Shown: positions 9,866 through 18,700, counted from the stretch's first letter. The stretch is DNA of 37,873 nt from Elainellaceae cyanobacterium (GCA_051117555.1 JBNPEG010000113.1:1-37873); one strand, 5' to 3'. A program made the numbers and translations. Notes: generated from the letters alone by a model not told the origin.

Positions 9866-9955
9866 TATAGCCCTACGGGCTTAGGTTTGTGTGTAGAGCC
9901 CCGCGCCGCAGAAAACCTACACATGTCAACGTCTTAACGCGAAAGCGTAAGGCTA
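9866..9955 (+). repeat. ~90-nt structured dispersed repeat, copy B
   Basis: Homologous to 8563-8655 with compensatory stem changes. Confidence 0.8.
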
Positions 9956-10440
9956 CATTAGACCCGTTCCCAATTTTGGACTGATAGCCCGAGGGCATGG
10001 CTCCGCTCCGCCAACGATTTTGGGTTGGTCGGTCAGAGTTGAGCAGTCTCCAAAGCTTGATCTATACCTCTACTTCGCAACCTCCCATTTGCAAAATTGA
10101 TATCAGTCCCTCGTGAAACTACTTTCGTTTCAGTTGAAACCTGTAATTACTCGGCTAAAACTTTGCCCGCTGATATTACGTGGCAAGATATCCCTGGGAT
10201 TCAATGGCTTGAATGCTCGGCTTTGATAAACCTTGACTTGATTACGCCTTAAATAGGCATTGCTCATCGACGAATGATTTTCGGAGGGGCAATAGCCCTA
10301 TGGGCATGGCTTCGCTAAGGCATTGACATGCTTGTACAACGGGTGGTTGATGGGCTAGTGGTTTCCCTATCATTCATCAATTTCGCAACGTCCTTAAATA
10401 AGGTTATACCTCTTCAGGCTTGAATAGTGGAGTTTTAGTG

Positions 10441-10640
10441 CCAGGTTAGATTATTAAATATTGGCGCTGTACTCAACGGCTCAAAACCATAGTCAAAGCC
10501 TTCTTAAACAAAACTAGAGGGATAGGGAACTAGTATTTTATCAGGGGGGACGAGTATTTTGACGGCGGGGGACGAGTATTTTGACGGTGCTGAATGCACC
10601 GTCTTGAAGCCGTGTTTCAACTGCGCATAATACTCAAGCG
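10441..10640 (-). promoter_or_regulatory. CnfR-type (nifB-like) promoter facing mrp
   Basis: Reverse complement of 10467-10485 is TTTGAGCCGTTGAGTACAG, identical to 19320-19338; three AAAATACT boxes spaced 21-22 bp; TTGAGT-N17-TAATCT. Confidence 0.75.
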
Positions 10641-10807
10641 CCCACCGCTCTAGCCTCCAGCATGGTCTCGCCAAGGTCGTCTCAACCCGCATAGGCGGAT
10701 TTTGCCTATACAACAGCCGTTATTCTTCGAGACGCAACTATTCGTCTACGACTGCAATGAATCAAAGTTTTGTCAGTCAATTAGGGAATTAAACGCTTGC
10801 ATCTCTT

Positions 10808-12436
10808 TCATCCCACTGCTGAATCAATTTTTAGAATTTCGCGAAGCATGAACTGATCGTTGACACTCGGCTGAAATCGACCCTTTTCTACATCGCGAAT
10901 CCAACTCTGACTCTTGCCCATCTCCTCTGCGAGCTGTCTTTGACTCATCCGAAGCTCTTTCCGCGCTGCAAGGATCTGACTGCCTGAAAAAGATGCCATT
11001 GATGGGTGAGCAGAGCCAGACCGTCTGCGGCTTTCCCGACTCTGACGCTTTTTAGCTTTTGGACGCGACGGCTTAACCTCCCACGTCTCAGGAAGGTCGA
11101 ATCTAAGAAACCGCGCATTGAGCAAACGTCTCCACTTGCCGCGTGGTGCAGAATCGGTCATGCGCTGGTCTCGGCTACCATCTTCAATCCAGAAATCAAG
11201 AGCGGCTTCAGCATCATCTGGCAAATCAAGAATCTTTGCCCACAAGGGTTGAATATCAGGCGGATAGGTTTCCGGATCAAAGACTGGATTGACGCCATGA
11301 TAGTGCAGCGTTTCCAAATCTCCTTCAAAGGTTTTGATGAGGCGCTTTTGCAGTGAGGATTGAGCAAATGCTCGTCTGAGCCGATCGTCGCCATAGGCAA
11401 CACGCATTAGAGTTTGAGCTGTAATCCTCTGATCGTGCCCCATTTTAGTCTTGAACAGTAGCCAAAGTAACATCCGCATGGCACCTTCATGCTGCTGCCA
11501 ATTACTCATGACTTCTGGCAGAATAGTACTAGGCAAGTGTCCGTACTGATAAAATGCTGAATGATCCCAATACCCGTGTTGATTCAGGAAGTGTCGCGAC
11601 CACTCCCCTGCTTGAATATGAAAGGTCAAACCAACGAGGTGTCTACACCCTAGCTCATCTTCCTCGAAGTGTTGTTGAACGTCGTTTAATCGCCAAATCC
11701 TGTCTTTGTCTACTGCGAATTCAGGAACTTTGCCTCGACGGGGCCACTGAATACTTCCAACCATTGAACAGGGTTGCTGAGCAAGTTCTTTGATGAGTCG
11801 CAACTTTTCGAGCTTGCTCAAATCTTTGCGCTTATCCAGTCCTAGATAGCTTTCAATCTGGCGATCGCTAATGACAATTTCGTTTTCCCACGGAGCCTCA
11901 ATGCTGGTGGCATGGGCAGCATAGATCAGGTGGAGACAGGCTGACCGAATATCTAAATTGGCGATCGCCTGCTCTGCCTTCTGCGGGTCTAATAGCGATA
12001 CATCATCATCGGGATCAAGTGACTCTGTAATCCAAAATGACACCAGCCCACGCCCTTGGTTGACCTGACGTTGATAAACATAGTATCCATCATCATCGGT
12101 TTGCCAGGGAAGGGATTGATTCTGCGTCAAGACATTGCAAAGCTCCCAAACGACGATGGCTGACGCGAAGGTATTACTTTTACCATTTAAGAACAAGTCT
12201 AAGCTTAACATTGGACGCTCCTGTTTTTTGCAGCGTCCTTTCTTAGCTTGCAGTGGAATAGGTGACTCGACGGGGCAATTGGCAACGCACTGAGGTTCTA
12301 GGGCAACTCCCTCACAGCGATCGCACTCCGTCGGGTCAATCCAATACTCATCCTCAACGACCTTGATTGCCCCAGTCGGACACTGCGGCGTACAAATAGA
12401 GCACTGAATGCATGTCTTAGTGATGGAATAAGCCAT
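10808..12436 (-). CDS. cnfR: CnfR (PatB) nitrogen-fixation transcriptional activator
   Basis: N-terminal 2x[4Fe-4S] ferredoxin motifs (CIQCSICTPQCP; CDRC...C...CP), C-terminal XRE HTH (SQRQLAEEMGKSQSWIRDVEKG); adjacent to the nif cluster. Confidence 0.92.
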   Translation of the reverse strand: MAYSITKTCIQCSICTPQCPTGAIKVVEDEYWIDPTECDRCEGVALEPQCVANCPVESPIPLQAKKGRCKKQERPMLSLDLFLNGKSNTFASAIVVWELCNVLTQNQSLPWQTDDDGYYVYQRQVNQGRGLVSFWITESLDPDDDVSLLDPQKAEQAIANLDIRSACLHLIYAAHATSIEAPWENEIVISDRQIESYLGLDKRKDLSKLEKLRLIKELAQQPCSMVGSIQWPRRGKVPEFAVDKDRIWRLNDVQQHFEEDELGCRHLVGLTFHIQAGEWSRHFLNQHGYWDHSAFYQYGHLPSTILPEVMSNWQQHEGAMRMLLWLLFKTKMGHDQRITAQTLMRVAYGDDRLRRAFAQSSLQKRLIKTFEGDLETLHYHGVNPVFDPETYPPDIQPLWAKILDLPDDAEAALDFWIEDGSRDQRMTDSAPRGKWRRLLNARFLRFDLPETWEVKPSRPKAKKRQSRESRRRSGSAHPSMASFSGSQILAARKELRMSQRQLAEEMGKSQSWIRDVEKGRFQPSVNDQFMLREILKIDSAVG

Positions 12437-13091
12437 GAGCGTCTTTGATTCTACCTACAGTGAGGAACGTGATTCAAAAAAGTGAAAATCGATTGGAATC
12501 GCTGATTGTCAATCATAGAAAGAGAGTCTTTATTCGACCTATCGCGCTTAAGTCGATATAAACGTGCACAGACCTATTAACTAGCCGAACGATTTAGAAA
12601 AAGTCTATGAATTAGCTTGCCATCGTCAACGGGAACAACTACATTAAGAGAATCTAAAGATTAAAAGAAATCGAACCTTTACTTTTAGTCTCGAGATTCG
12701 CAGCTCTTGGGCTAAGTTTCTACTTATTCTAGATAAGCCATTTTTCTTTAATGTGTTCTATGCTGCAAAATGCTGCGTTTGTTGCGATCGCTTTGAGAGC
12801 ATTTCATAACAAAGTCAAGATTTAGTGTCTCTATTAACTTAAAAGAAATTTTGTTTAAAGATAAAATTTCAATTCTTTATTCTTTATTAAAGTTCAACCA
12901 CTATTTCCAAATAGGGGCATTGCTCTATGAGTTAGGTTGCAGAGGGAGCATCCTACATTTGCAAACTTATTAATATTTGTGGTGATGCACAGCAAATTAT
13001 GCGCAGTATTGCTAGAACCATGCAGGCTAACAATGGCCCATTTCTGAGCAAGTTTGTATTAGTAGATATAAAGATTGATAGATATTATAGT

Positions 13092-13124
13092 CCCACCACT
13101 CACAACCCATCTGGGATTACTATA
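13092..13124 (+). repeat. Right-half fragment of the 14056-14141 miniature element
   Basis: CCCACCACTCACAACCCATCTGGGATTACTATA matches the 3' part of 14056-14141 with 2 mismatches. Confidence 0.7.
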
Positions 13125-13139
13125 TTCTGATTGCTGGAA

Positions 13140-13733
13140 TCACAACGACATTGAACGTTTACCAGAACAGTGCTGCTTGAGGATCAATGGAATATCGTGA
13201 ACCTGAACATAGCTGTATTGGATTCCCCCGGGTTCAATGCGAAGGGTCGGCCCATGTTTGCAGTTTTTCAGACATCCATCAGTGCTAATGCTTACTCGAT
13301 GGTCTAGCTTTTGTTCATGAACAGCGGTTTGCAAAGCGTGTAATAGATGGGTACTTTCCCGACCGCATTTTCCTCGTGTACACAGACGAAGTGTGAATCT
13401 GGGTAGCGTTTGCTCAAGGATTTGGGGATTGGAGCTATCTATTAAGCAATCCTCTTGGGAAATAGGAACAATTCGTAATGCGTTTAACCCGCCTTTCGTT
13501 GGGCGTGCCCAAACCTGAATGGTTGTACCTGGATGAATTGTCTGGGCGATCGCACATCCAATAGGCTTTGATAGTTTGATGAGAGATTCAGTTCCATGAT
13601 GCCGGAGGCGTAATCTTTTTAGATATCCTTTAGATGATAGTGTGCCGCCCAGGTATGTTCCCTCAATCAGCTCTACATCGGCTGAATAGGAATTGGGATC
13701 ATAGACGTTGAATGGAATGGGTGATGATGTCAT
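13140..13733 (-). CDS. Thioredoxin-like (2Fe-2S) ferredoxin domain protein
   Basis: C-terminal CTRGKC ... GCLKNCKHGP motif. Confidence 0.75.
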   Translation of the reverse strand: MTSSPIPFNVYDPNSYSADVELIEGTYLGGTLSSKGYLKRLRLRHHGTESLIKLSKPIGCAIAQTIHPGTTIQVWARPTKGGLNALRIVPISQEDCLIDSSNPQILEQTLPRFTLRLCTRGKCGRESTHLLHALQTAVHEQKLDHRVSISTDGCLKNCKHGPTLRIEPGGIQYSYVQVHDIPLILKQHCSGKRSMSL

Positions 13734-13734
13734 A

Positions 13735-13995
13735 TCAGAGGCTCCAACAGCGTTCTAACCAAGCAATGCCGTCGCGTCGGGATATCGTTGTGTGTCTAAC
13801 GACACTCCAAAATTGAGCTGCGGCGATCGCACTGTCGAGTTGTACATAGAGCGGTTGTCCCATTGCACACCAGCACGGAATCGAAAGTTGATGCAGCCGA
13901 TAGTAGATTTCCCACCGAAAAATTGGATGAATTTGAACCGATTCGTATAGGTCAAGGTTGGGCGCGATTTGGGGCTTGATAGAGTCCATGGTCAT
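13735..13995 (-). CDS. Asr1405/Asl0597-family small protein
   Basis: RWEIYYRLHQLSIPCWC ... Q.WSVVR ... WLERCW signature; GGAGG RBS. Confidence 0.75.
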   Translation of the reverse strand: MTMDSIKPQIAPNLDLYESVQIHPIFRWEIYYRLHQLSIPCWCAMGQPLYVQLDSAIAAAQFWSVVRHTTISRRDGIAWLERCWSL

Positions 13996-14055
13996 ACCTC
14001 CAATGTGATTATGTGTAGTAGGAATTAGTTGCCAACGAATTTAAGATGCTAACTG

Positions 14056-14141
14056 TAGCGATCCTAAATCGCTTGTGAATCGTGTGTGAGTGGTGGGGCG
14101 GGCGGCGCCCCACCACTCACAACCCATCTGGAATTGCTATA
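14056..14141. mobile_element. MITE-like miniature element with imperfect TIRs and a 16-bp internal hairpin
   Basis: TAGCGATCCTAAAT ... ATCTGGAATTGCTA ends; perfect stem 14085-14100/14106-14121; partial copies at 6886 and 13092. Confidence 0.65.
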
Positions 14142-14309
14142 TAGTGATTTGAATGATGACAAGGCAATAGCAATGTTTGAAAGTAAGACAATTGGTATAA
14201 GAGGATAGGTAGGGGATTAGCGTTTAAATAATGTCCTGACCGTTGGGTTAGGGGCAAACGGCTGTTTACCCGCTCATGTTTCAAGAATTTGGGGAAGATA
14301 TTTGAAAGA

Positions 14310-14339
14310 GGGGTGGGATATGCCGCTCTCGCCCACCCC
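14310..14339 (-). terminator. Possible terminator or stabilising hairpin after dps
   Basis: GGGGTGGG/CCCACCCC 8-bp stem followed by TCTTT on the minus strand. Confidence 0.35.
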
Positions 14340-14357
14340 GACGAAACGAGGAGAGAG

Positions 14358-14918
14358 TTAGTTGCCGTTGAGATTAAATGCTGGCGTGAGGCTATCGTGC
14401 GCTAAGAAGTGGCTGTTGTGAAAGGCACGATCTTCGGTTTTCAGCAAGATTTGCTCATACAGATAGCGGGTCGCGCGATCGCCCAGGCTTTCTGATTGAG
14501 AGGCAAGCTGTCTTAGGATACTGACGATAGTCTGCTCTGCGGCGAGAGCATTTTCAACCATCTGCCGACACGAAAAGATGCCGTCCGGTTCGGGCGAAAA
14601 GCAGCAAAGGTCTGCGAGACGAGCAAAGCTATTAACCGGAACACCACCCAGCCCATTAAGGCGCTCGCCAATCTCATGGATGTGTTCTCGAACCTCATCA
14701 GCACTGTCTTGAAACCAGGTGTGAACCATATAAAATTCACTCCCCTCTGTCACAAAATGCTGCTTTTGATATTGCAAGTAGAGGGCTTGAAAGCTGGCTA
14801 AAACGATATTGAGCCCCTCGCAGACAGGAATTGTAACCGTCGTATCCAGGGAGATGGGGTTGGATTGAACCTCGCCCCACGCTTGAACTAGATTCTCAGT
14901 TGCTGTTGTCATGGTCAA
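14358..14918 (-). CDS. dps: Dps/ferritin-like protein (cyanobacterial DpsA type)
   Basis: [30 protein letters not shown] and EDRAFH motifs; AAGGAG RBS. Confidence 0.88.
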   Translation of the reverse strand: MTMTTATENLVQAWGEVQSNPISLDTTVTIPVCEGLNIVLASFQALYLQYQKQHFVTEGSEFYMVHTWFQDSADEVREHIHEIGERLNGLGGVPVNSFARLADLCCFSPEPDGIFSCRQMVENALAAEQTIVSILRQLASQSESLGDRATRYLYEQILLKTEDRAFHNSHFLAHDSLTPAFNLNGN

Positions 14919-14924
14919 TCTCCT

Positions 14925-15215
14925 TTAGATAGTGAAGAAACGTGAAAATGCTGAGTGAACTGGATTGGGCTGTGGATCTACCAAACGTAACCGCCCATTA
15001 CTACTACGTCTCAGAGAAATTTGATCTCCGACTTGTAAGAGTTTTAGAACCGGATGCTCGGCGGATGACCAAAAGCCTAGATCTGTACCATCAGCTACTT
15101 TGAACACAGCATAGGTGCGATCGCCCAGCGCCGTGGCATGACTCGTGAGCGATATCACGTGAGCGTCAATGCACCTTGTCTGTGTTCTAGATCGTCTTGA
15201 ATGAGAACCAATCAT
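14925..15215 (-). CDS. Hypothetical protein, 96 aa
   Basis: AGGAG RBS upstream; tightly packed and co-oriented between the GGCT gene and dps. Confidence 0.6.
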   Translation of the reverse strand: MIGSHSRRSRTQTRCIDAHVISLTSHATALGDRTYAVFKVADGTDLGFWSSAEHPVLKLLQVGDQISLRRSSNGRLRLVDPQPNPVHSAFSRFFTI

Positions 15216-15273
15216 GCTGAAGAACTCCTAGTTGAAATCGCGATGTGTCGTTTAGACGGCTTCACCCGTTCAA

Positions 15274-15777
15274 TCAGCTTGCCTTTGGCAAGGCGCTCGG
15301 CAACGAACAGGTTTGCTGGAGGTGGCGCATGTGATGGAAGAGTTGCCAGCAGTAGGCTTCAGGCAGTCCGCAAGCGATCGCCCCTCGCAGCACCACATCG
15401 AAGTACCAGTCATTAGGAGCCATCTCTCTGAGGAGTTTATTCACTACGACATACGTGCGGACATCGCTGTATTCGAGACCTTTGCACATGACGTGAATAG
15501 ACTCGCGACGATAGTAGTTGAGATGAACACCTTCCCGACTGTCTAGCAAAGGACTGAGTCGATCCGGAAGCTGATAAAGAACACCGTATACTTCGCCAGT
15601 TGGGCTTTTAATGATGTCAAGCGCTCCACAATTACGCTGAACAGAGTAGTGATAGAACCCCAAGCGATAGCTTTTGAGAGTAGCCACCCCAATCACATAA
15701 GAATGGGTATTTTCTCGGAGCGATCGCTTCAAATCTACCGGACACATACAAGACCCATAGGCAAAGTAGTAAAACAT
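15274..15777 (-). CDS. Gamma-glutamylcyclotransferase (AIG2-like) family protein
   Basis: YYFAYGSCM motif, VYGVLY, LDSREG; AGGAG RBS before ATG 15777. Confidence 0.85.
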   Translation of the reverse strand: MFYYFAYGSCMCPVDLKRSLRENTHSYVIGVATLKSYRLGFYHYSVQRNCGALDIIKSPTGEVYGVLYQLPDRLSPLLDSREGVHLNYYRRESIHVMCKGLEYSDVRTYVVVNKLLREMAPNDWYFDVVLRGAIACGLPEAYCWQLFHHMRHLQQTCSLPSALPKAS

Positions 15778-15828
15778 CTCGGTTCTCCTGCATTCACGCT
15801 GCGAGAATGAAGCACGCATGCAAACCAT

Positions 15829-16032
15829 TTAAGCGAGCCGCTTAGCATCTACTGTTTTTGGGAGTTGGATGGGGTCGCCCAAACCCGAAACGGATAGCTG
15901 CCATCCATTCGTCAATGTCAAAATTCGCTGATTGCCTTCTGTAGTATGGCTGACGACCTCCTCTTCCAAGTCTTTTTTGGCGACATAAACGAGTAAGGTT
16001 CCAGCCGAGTTCTCGCGCAGCATGACTTTCAT
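15829..16032 (-). CDS. nifT: NifT/FixU
   Basis: MKVMLR...YVAKKDLEEEVV...LTNGW signature. Confidence 0.93.
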   Translation of the reverse strand: MKVMLRENSAGTLLVYVAKKDLEEEVVSHTTEGNQRILTLTNGWQLSVSGLGDPIQLPKTVDAKRLA

Positions 16033-16080
16033 TCTCAGTACCTCGTGTAATAGTGGATGGTTATAAAGACAAATTTCTGA

Positions 16081-17322
16081 CTAGCAAAGGGCATGGGTCG
16101 AGTCCTTTGTTGCAATCAAGCTGAGTAACTCTTCCTCTGTCAAGCTGCGCTTGGTTTGGGTAGACCAGCTCCGAACGGCTGCTAATACTGATTTGGAATC
16201 ATTTGGATCTAACGTGATGCCGTAGCGCTTCAGGATGGTTTGCAGCCCGTGTCGTCCTGAATGCTTCCCAAGAACTAACCGATGCTGTCTCCCGACTTCA
16301 CTTGGATCAAACGGTTCGTAAGTATTCGCGTCTTTCAAAATGCCGTGGGCGTGAATGCCTGATTCATGGGTAAATGTGTTTTCACCGACGATGGCTTTCC
16401 AGGGCGGCAACGGACTATTAGAGGCTCTGGCAACGAGCCGCGATAGCTCAAGCAAATGCTGGGTTTTGATCGGAGTTGGGAATCCATAGATCCGCTTGAG
16501 TGCCATGACGACTTCCTCTAGGGCCGCATTGCCTGCTCGCTCGCCTAGCCCGTTGACGGTCGTATTAACAGAGGTTGCGCCTGCGCGGATTCCGGCGATC
16601 GCATTGGCGGTTGCCATTCCCAAATCGTTGTGGGTATGCATTTCAACAGGAATATCGAGATTCGACACCAGCCAGCGAACCTTTTCATAGGTCGTTAGCG
16701 GGTCAAGAATGCCCACTGTGTCACAGAATCGAAAGCGAGACGCCCCCCATTCTTGAGCATATTGAGCCGCATCCAGTAAAAAGGTTTCATCAGCGCGAGA
16801 TGAATCTTCTCCACCCACCGACACCCACAGCCCATGATCGACCGCAAACATAATCGTCTGCCGGAGTTTCTCAAACATGTCTTGCCAACGACGAAACTTG
16901 GCATGGATTTGCACCTCTGAGACTGGAATCGAAATATGCACTCGCGTCAAGCCACACGCCATGGATGCTTGCACATCCGAGACGACGGCTCGATTCCAGC
17001 CGGTGAGGTGGGCACGCAGTCCGAGTCGGGTAATTTGGGCGATCGCCTCGGCTTCTTCTTGCCCCATCGCCGGAATGCCGACTTCTAATTCATGAACGCC
17101 GATTTCATCGAGAAACTTAGCAATTTCTACTTTTTCGTCAATGGCAAAGGCAACTCCGGCGGCTTGCTCACCGTCTCGAAGGGTTGTCTCATGGATGCAG
17201 ACTGGATTGTAGGCCGGATTGTAGACCGGATTGTAGACCGGATTGCAGGGCGGATGATCATCAGGGCGATTTGAACGATTCATTGGAAAAGGATGGGATG
17301 GGTCAAGTGATGCATAGCTCAT
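16081..17322 (-). CDS. nifV: Homocitrate synthase NifV
   Basis: TTLRDGEQAAG, HTHNDLGMATAN, GLGERAGNA, HESGIH, LGKHSG; start uncertain (17358, 17322 or 17283). Confidence 0.92.
   Translation of the reverse strand: MSYASLDPSHPFPMNRSNRPDDHPPCNPVYNPVYNPAYNPVCIHETTLRDGEQAAGVAFAIDEKVEIAKFLDEIGVHELEVGIPAMGQEEAEAIAQITRLGLRAHLTGWNRAVVSDVQASMACGLTRVHISIPVSEVQIHAKFRRWQDMFEKLRQTIMFAVDHGLWVSVGGEDSSRADETFLLDAAQYAQEWGASRFRFCDTVGILDPLTTYEKVRWLVSNLDIPVEMHTHNDLGMATANAIAGIRAGATSVNTTVNGLGERAGNAALEEVVMALKRIYGFPTPIKTQHLLELSRLVARASNSPLPPWKAIVGENTFTHESGIHAHGILKDANTYEPFDPSEVGRQHRLVLGKHSGRHGLQTILKRYGITLDPNDSKSVLAAVRSWSTQTKRSLTEEELLSLIATKDSTHALC
17198..17245. repeat. 4 x 12-bp tandem repeat inside the nifV 5' end (NPVY/NPAY/NPVC)
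   Basis: (T/C)AG(A/G)C(C/T)GGATTG x4. Confidence 0.85.
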
Positions 17323-17385
17323 AGTAGTGCCCTCAAACGGGTTGAAGATGTGCGCCAAGGGTTTTGAATAGAGATCAACAGGGTG

Positions 17386-17490
17386 TCATTTGGGTTTTTG
17401 AACTGCTGTTCGAAACAGCTTGTCTAACATGAAAACATAGCTAAAGGTAAATAAGCTGAAGAGGGTAAGCACAGCAAAGGTAGAAACCAT
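17386..17490 (-). CDS. Putative 34-aa single-TM small protein (MVSTFAVLTLFSLFTFSYVFMLDKLFRTAVQKPK)
   Basis: GGAGG 6 nt before the ATG; co-oriented between DUF2949 and nifV; below the ORF-track length cutoff. Confidence 0.6.
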   Translation of the reverse strand: MVSTFAVLTLFSLFTFSYVFMLDKLFRTAVQKPK

Positions 17491-17528
17491 CAGACACCTC
17501 CAAGGTGGCAATATAAAATGGGTGAGTC

Positions 17529-17777
17529 TTAGTCATAACGGGTCGATTTGACGTCTACATATTGCAACACCGGACACATTGCGCCTTGGGCATCAAACCA
17601 ATCAAAAATTTGCTCTAATTGCTCAATCGTGATTAGACCGTACTTCCACAACAGCATTGGCAAAGACCCATTGCTGAGTTCAGGATCACGCAACACAACC
17701 GAAATTTCTCGGTCTGATACAGCCAAATCCTGTTTCAAAAACTGGATAAATCGGAACGTGTTACGTGGAAGTTCCAT
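17529..17777 (-). CDS. DUF2949 family small protein
   Basis: FLKQDLAVS ... LPMLLWKYGLITIEQLEQIFDW signature; AAGGAGG RBS before ATG 17777. Confidence 0.85.
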   Translation of the reverse strand: MELPRNTFRFIQFLKQDLAVSDREISVVLRDPELSNGSLPMLLWKYGLITIEQLEQIFDWFDAQGAMCPVLQYVDVKSTRYD

Positions 17778-17866
17778 TGAAGCCTCCTTATCAGGTAAAA
17801 ATAGCAGGTGGATTGAGAAACGAAACACCGATCGACGATGGGACACTCTTTCTTTGACTGCACCTC

Positions 17867-18700
17867 TTACAGCGACATCAAGAATTTGACTTGCTCTTCG
17901 AGTTCTTCAATGCGGTCTACTAGTTGGCGAATCACCACTGCTTCAGCATCTGGCAGTTTGTCGTGATCGAGAGGACAGGTTGGCGCATTCGATCGACAGA
18001 TATTTCGTCCTGGAACCCCCACTGCGGTGCAATGAGCGGGCACATGACGCAGAACAATAGACCCTGCACCAATCCGGGCGTAATCACCAATGTGAATGTT
18101 GCCTAAGACTTTAGCCCCGGCACCAATAACAACGTGGCTGCCTACGGTGGGATGGCGTTTGCCCGTTTCTTTTCCGGTGCCTCCCAGGGTGACGCCTTGG
18201 TAAATCAGGGTATAATCACCGACGATCGCCGTCTCGCCAATCACTACGCCCATGCCGTGATCGATAAACGTTCCGTTGCCGAGGGTCGCTCCGGGGTGAA
18301 TCTCGATTCCGGTGAGAAATCGAGCCACATGAGAAATCAGGCGAGGAACAAAACCTACTTTGCGTTGATGTAGCCAGTGAGCCAGTCGGTGACAGGCGAT
18401 CGCATGGAGACCGGGATAGCATATCAGCACTTCAAACCAGTAGCGAGCTGCTGGATCACGATCAAAGATGATCTGAAAATCAGCCACAATCGGCAGATTC
18501 TGCAATGTCTGAATGAGTTTGGCGAATCCCGACGTTCTCGCTTGGGGTGGGCCGTCTGGCGTCAGATGAGTATGCCCAGACAGAGGGCGAGAGTCTTGCT
18601 CAGAACAGAGGGGACACTGACCCGGAACATTCGCGTGTGAATGAACTGGGTCAGATAATGAGGGCGCACAGGAGGAGAAAGAACTGAGTGACTGTCGCAT
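17867..18700 (-). CDS. nifP: Serine O-acetyltransferase NifP/CysE
   Basis: [39 protein letters not shown]; divergent from nifB. Confidence 0.92.
   Translation of the reverse strand: MRQSLSSFSSCAPSLSDPVHSHANVPGQCPLCSEQDSRPLSGHTHLTPDGPPQARTSGFAKLIQTLQNLPIVADFQIIFDRDPAARYWFEVLICYPGLHAIACHRLAHWLHQRKVGFVPRLISHVARFLTGIEIHPGATLGNGTFIDHGMGVVIGETAIVGDYTLIYQGVTLGGTGKETGKRHPTVGSHVVIGAGAKVLGNIHIGDYARIGAGSIVLRHVPAHCTAVGVPGRNICRSNAPTCPLDHDKLPDAEAVVIRQLVDRIEELEEQVKFLMSL

Noticed and set aside
10330..10430. Moco riboswitch-like wording on the minus strand (AGCCT...ACCT...AGGG...CCACCCGT)
   Set aside because: Lacks the hairpin between AGGG and CCTCCCG and the closing stem over an RBS; resemblance is superficial without an Infernal hit
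10504..10713. 69-aa ORF downstream of cnfR
   Set aside because: Overlaps the promoter repeat boxes, has a non-ATG start and no recognisable protein features
13055..13070. NtcA site upstream of cnfR (TGTA-N8-TATA)
   Set aside because: One mismatch in the core, about 620 bp from the start codon, and no properly spaced -10 box; too weak to call
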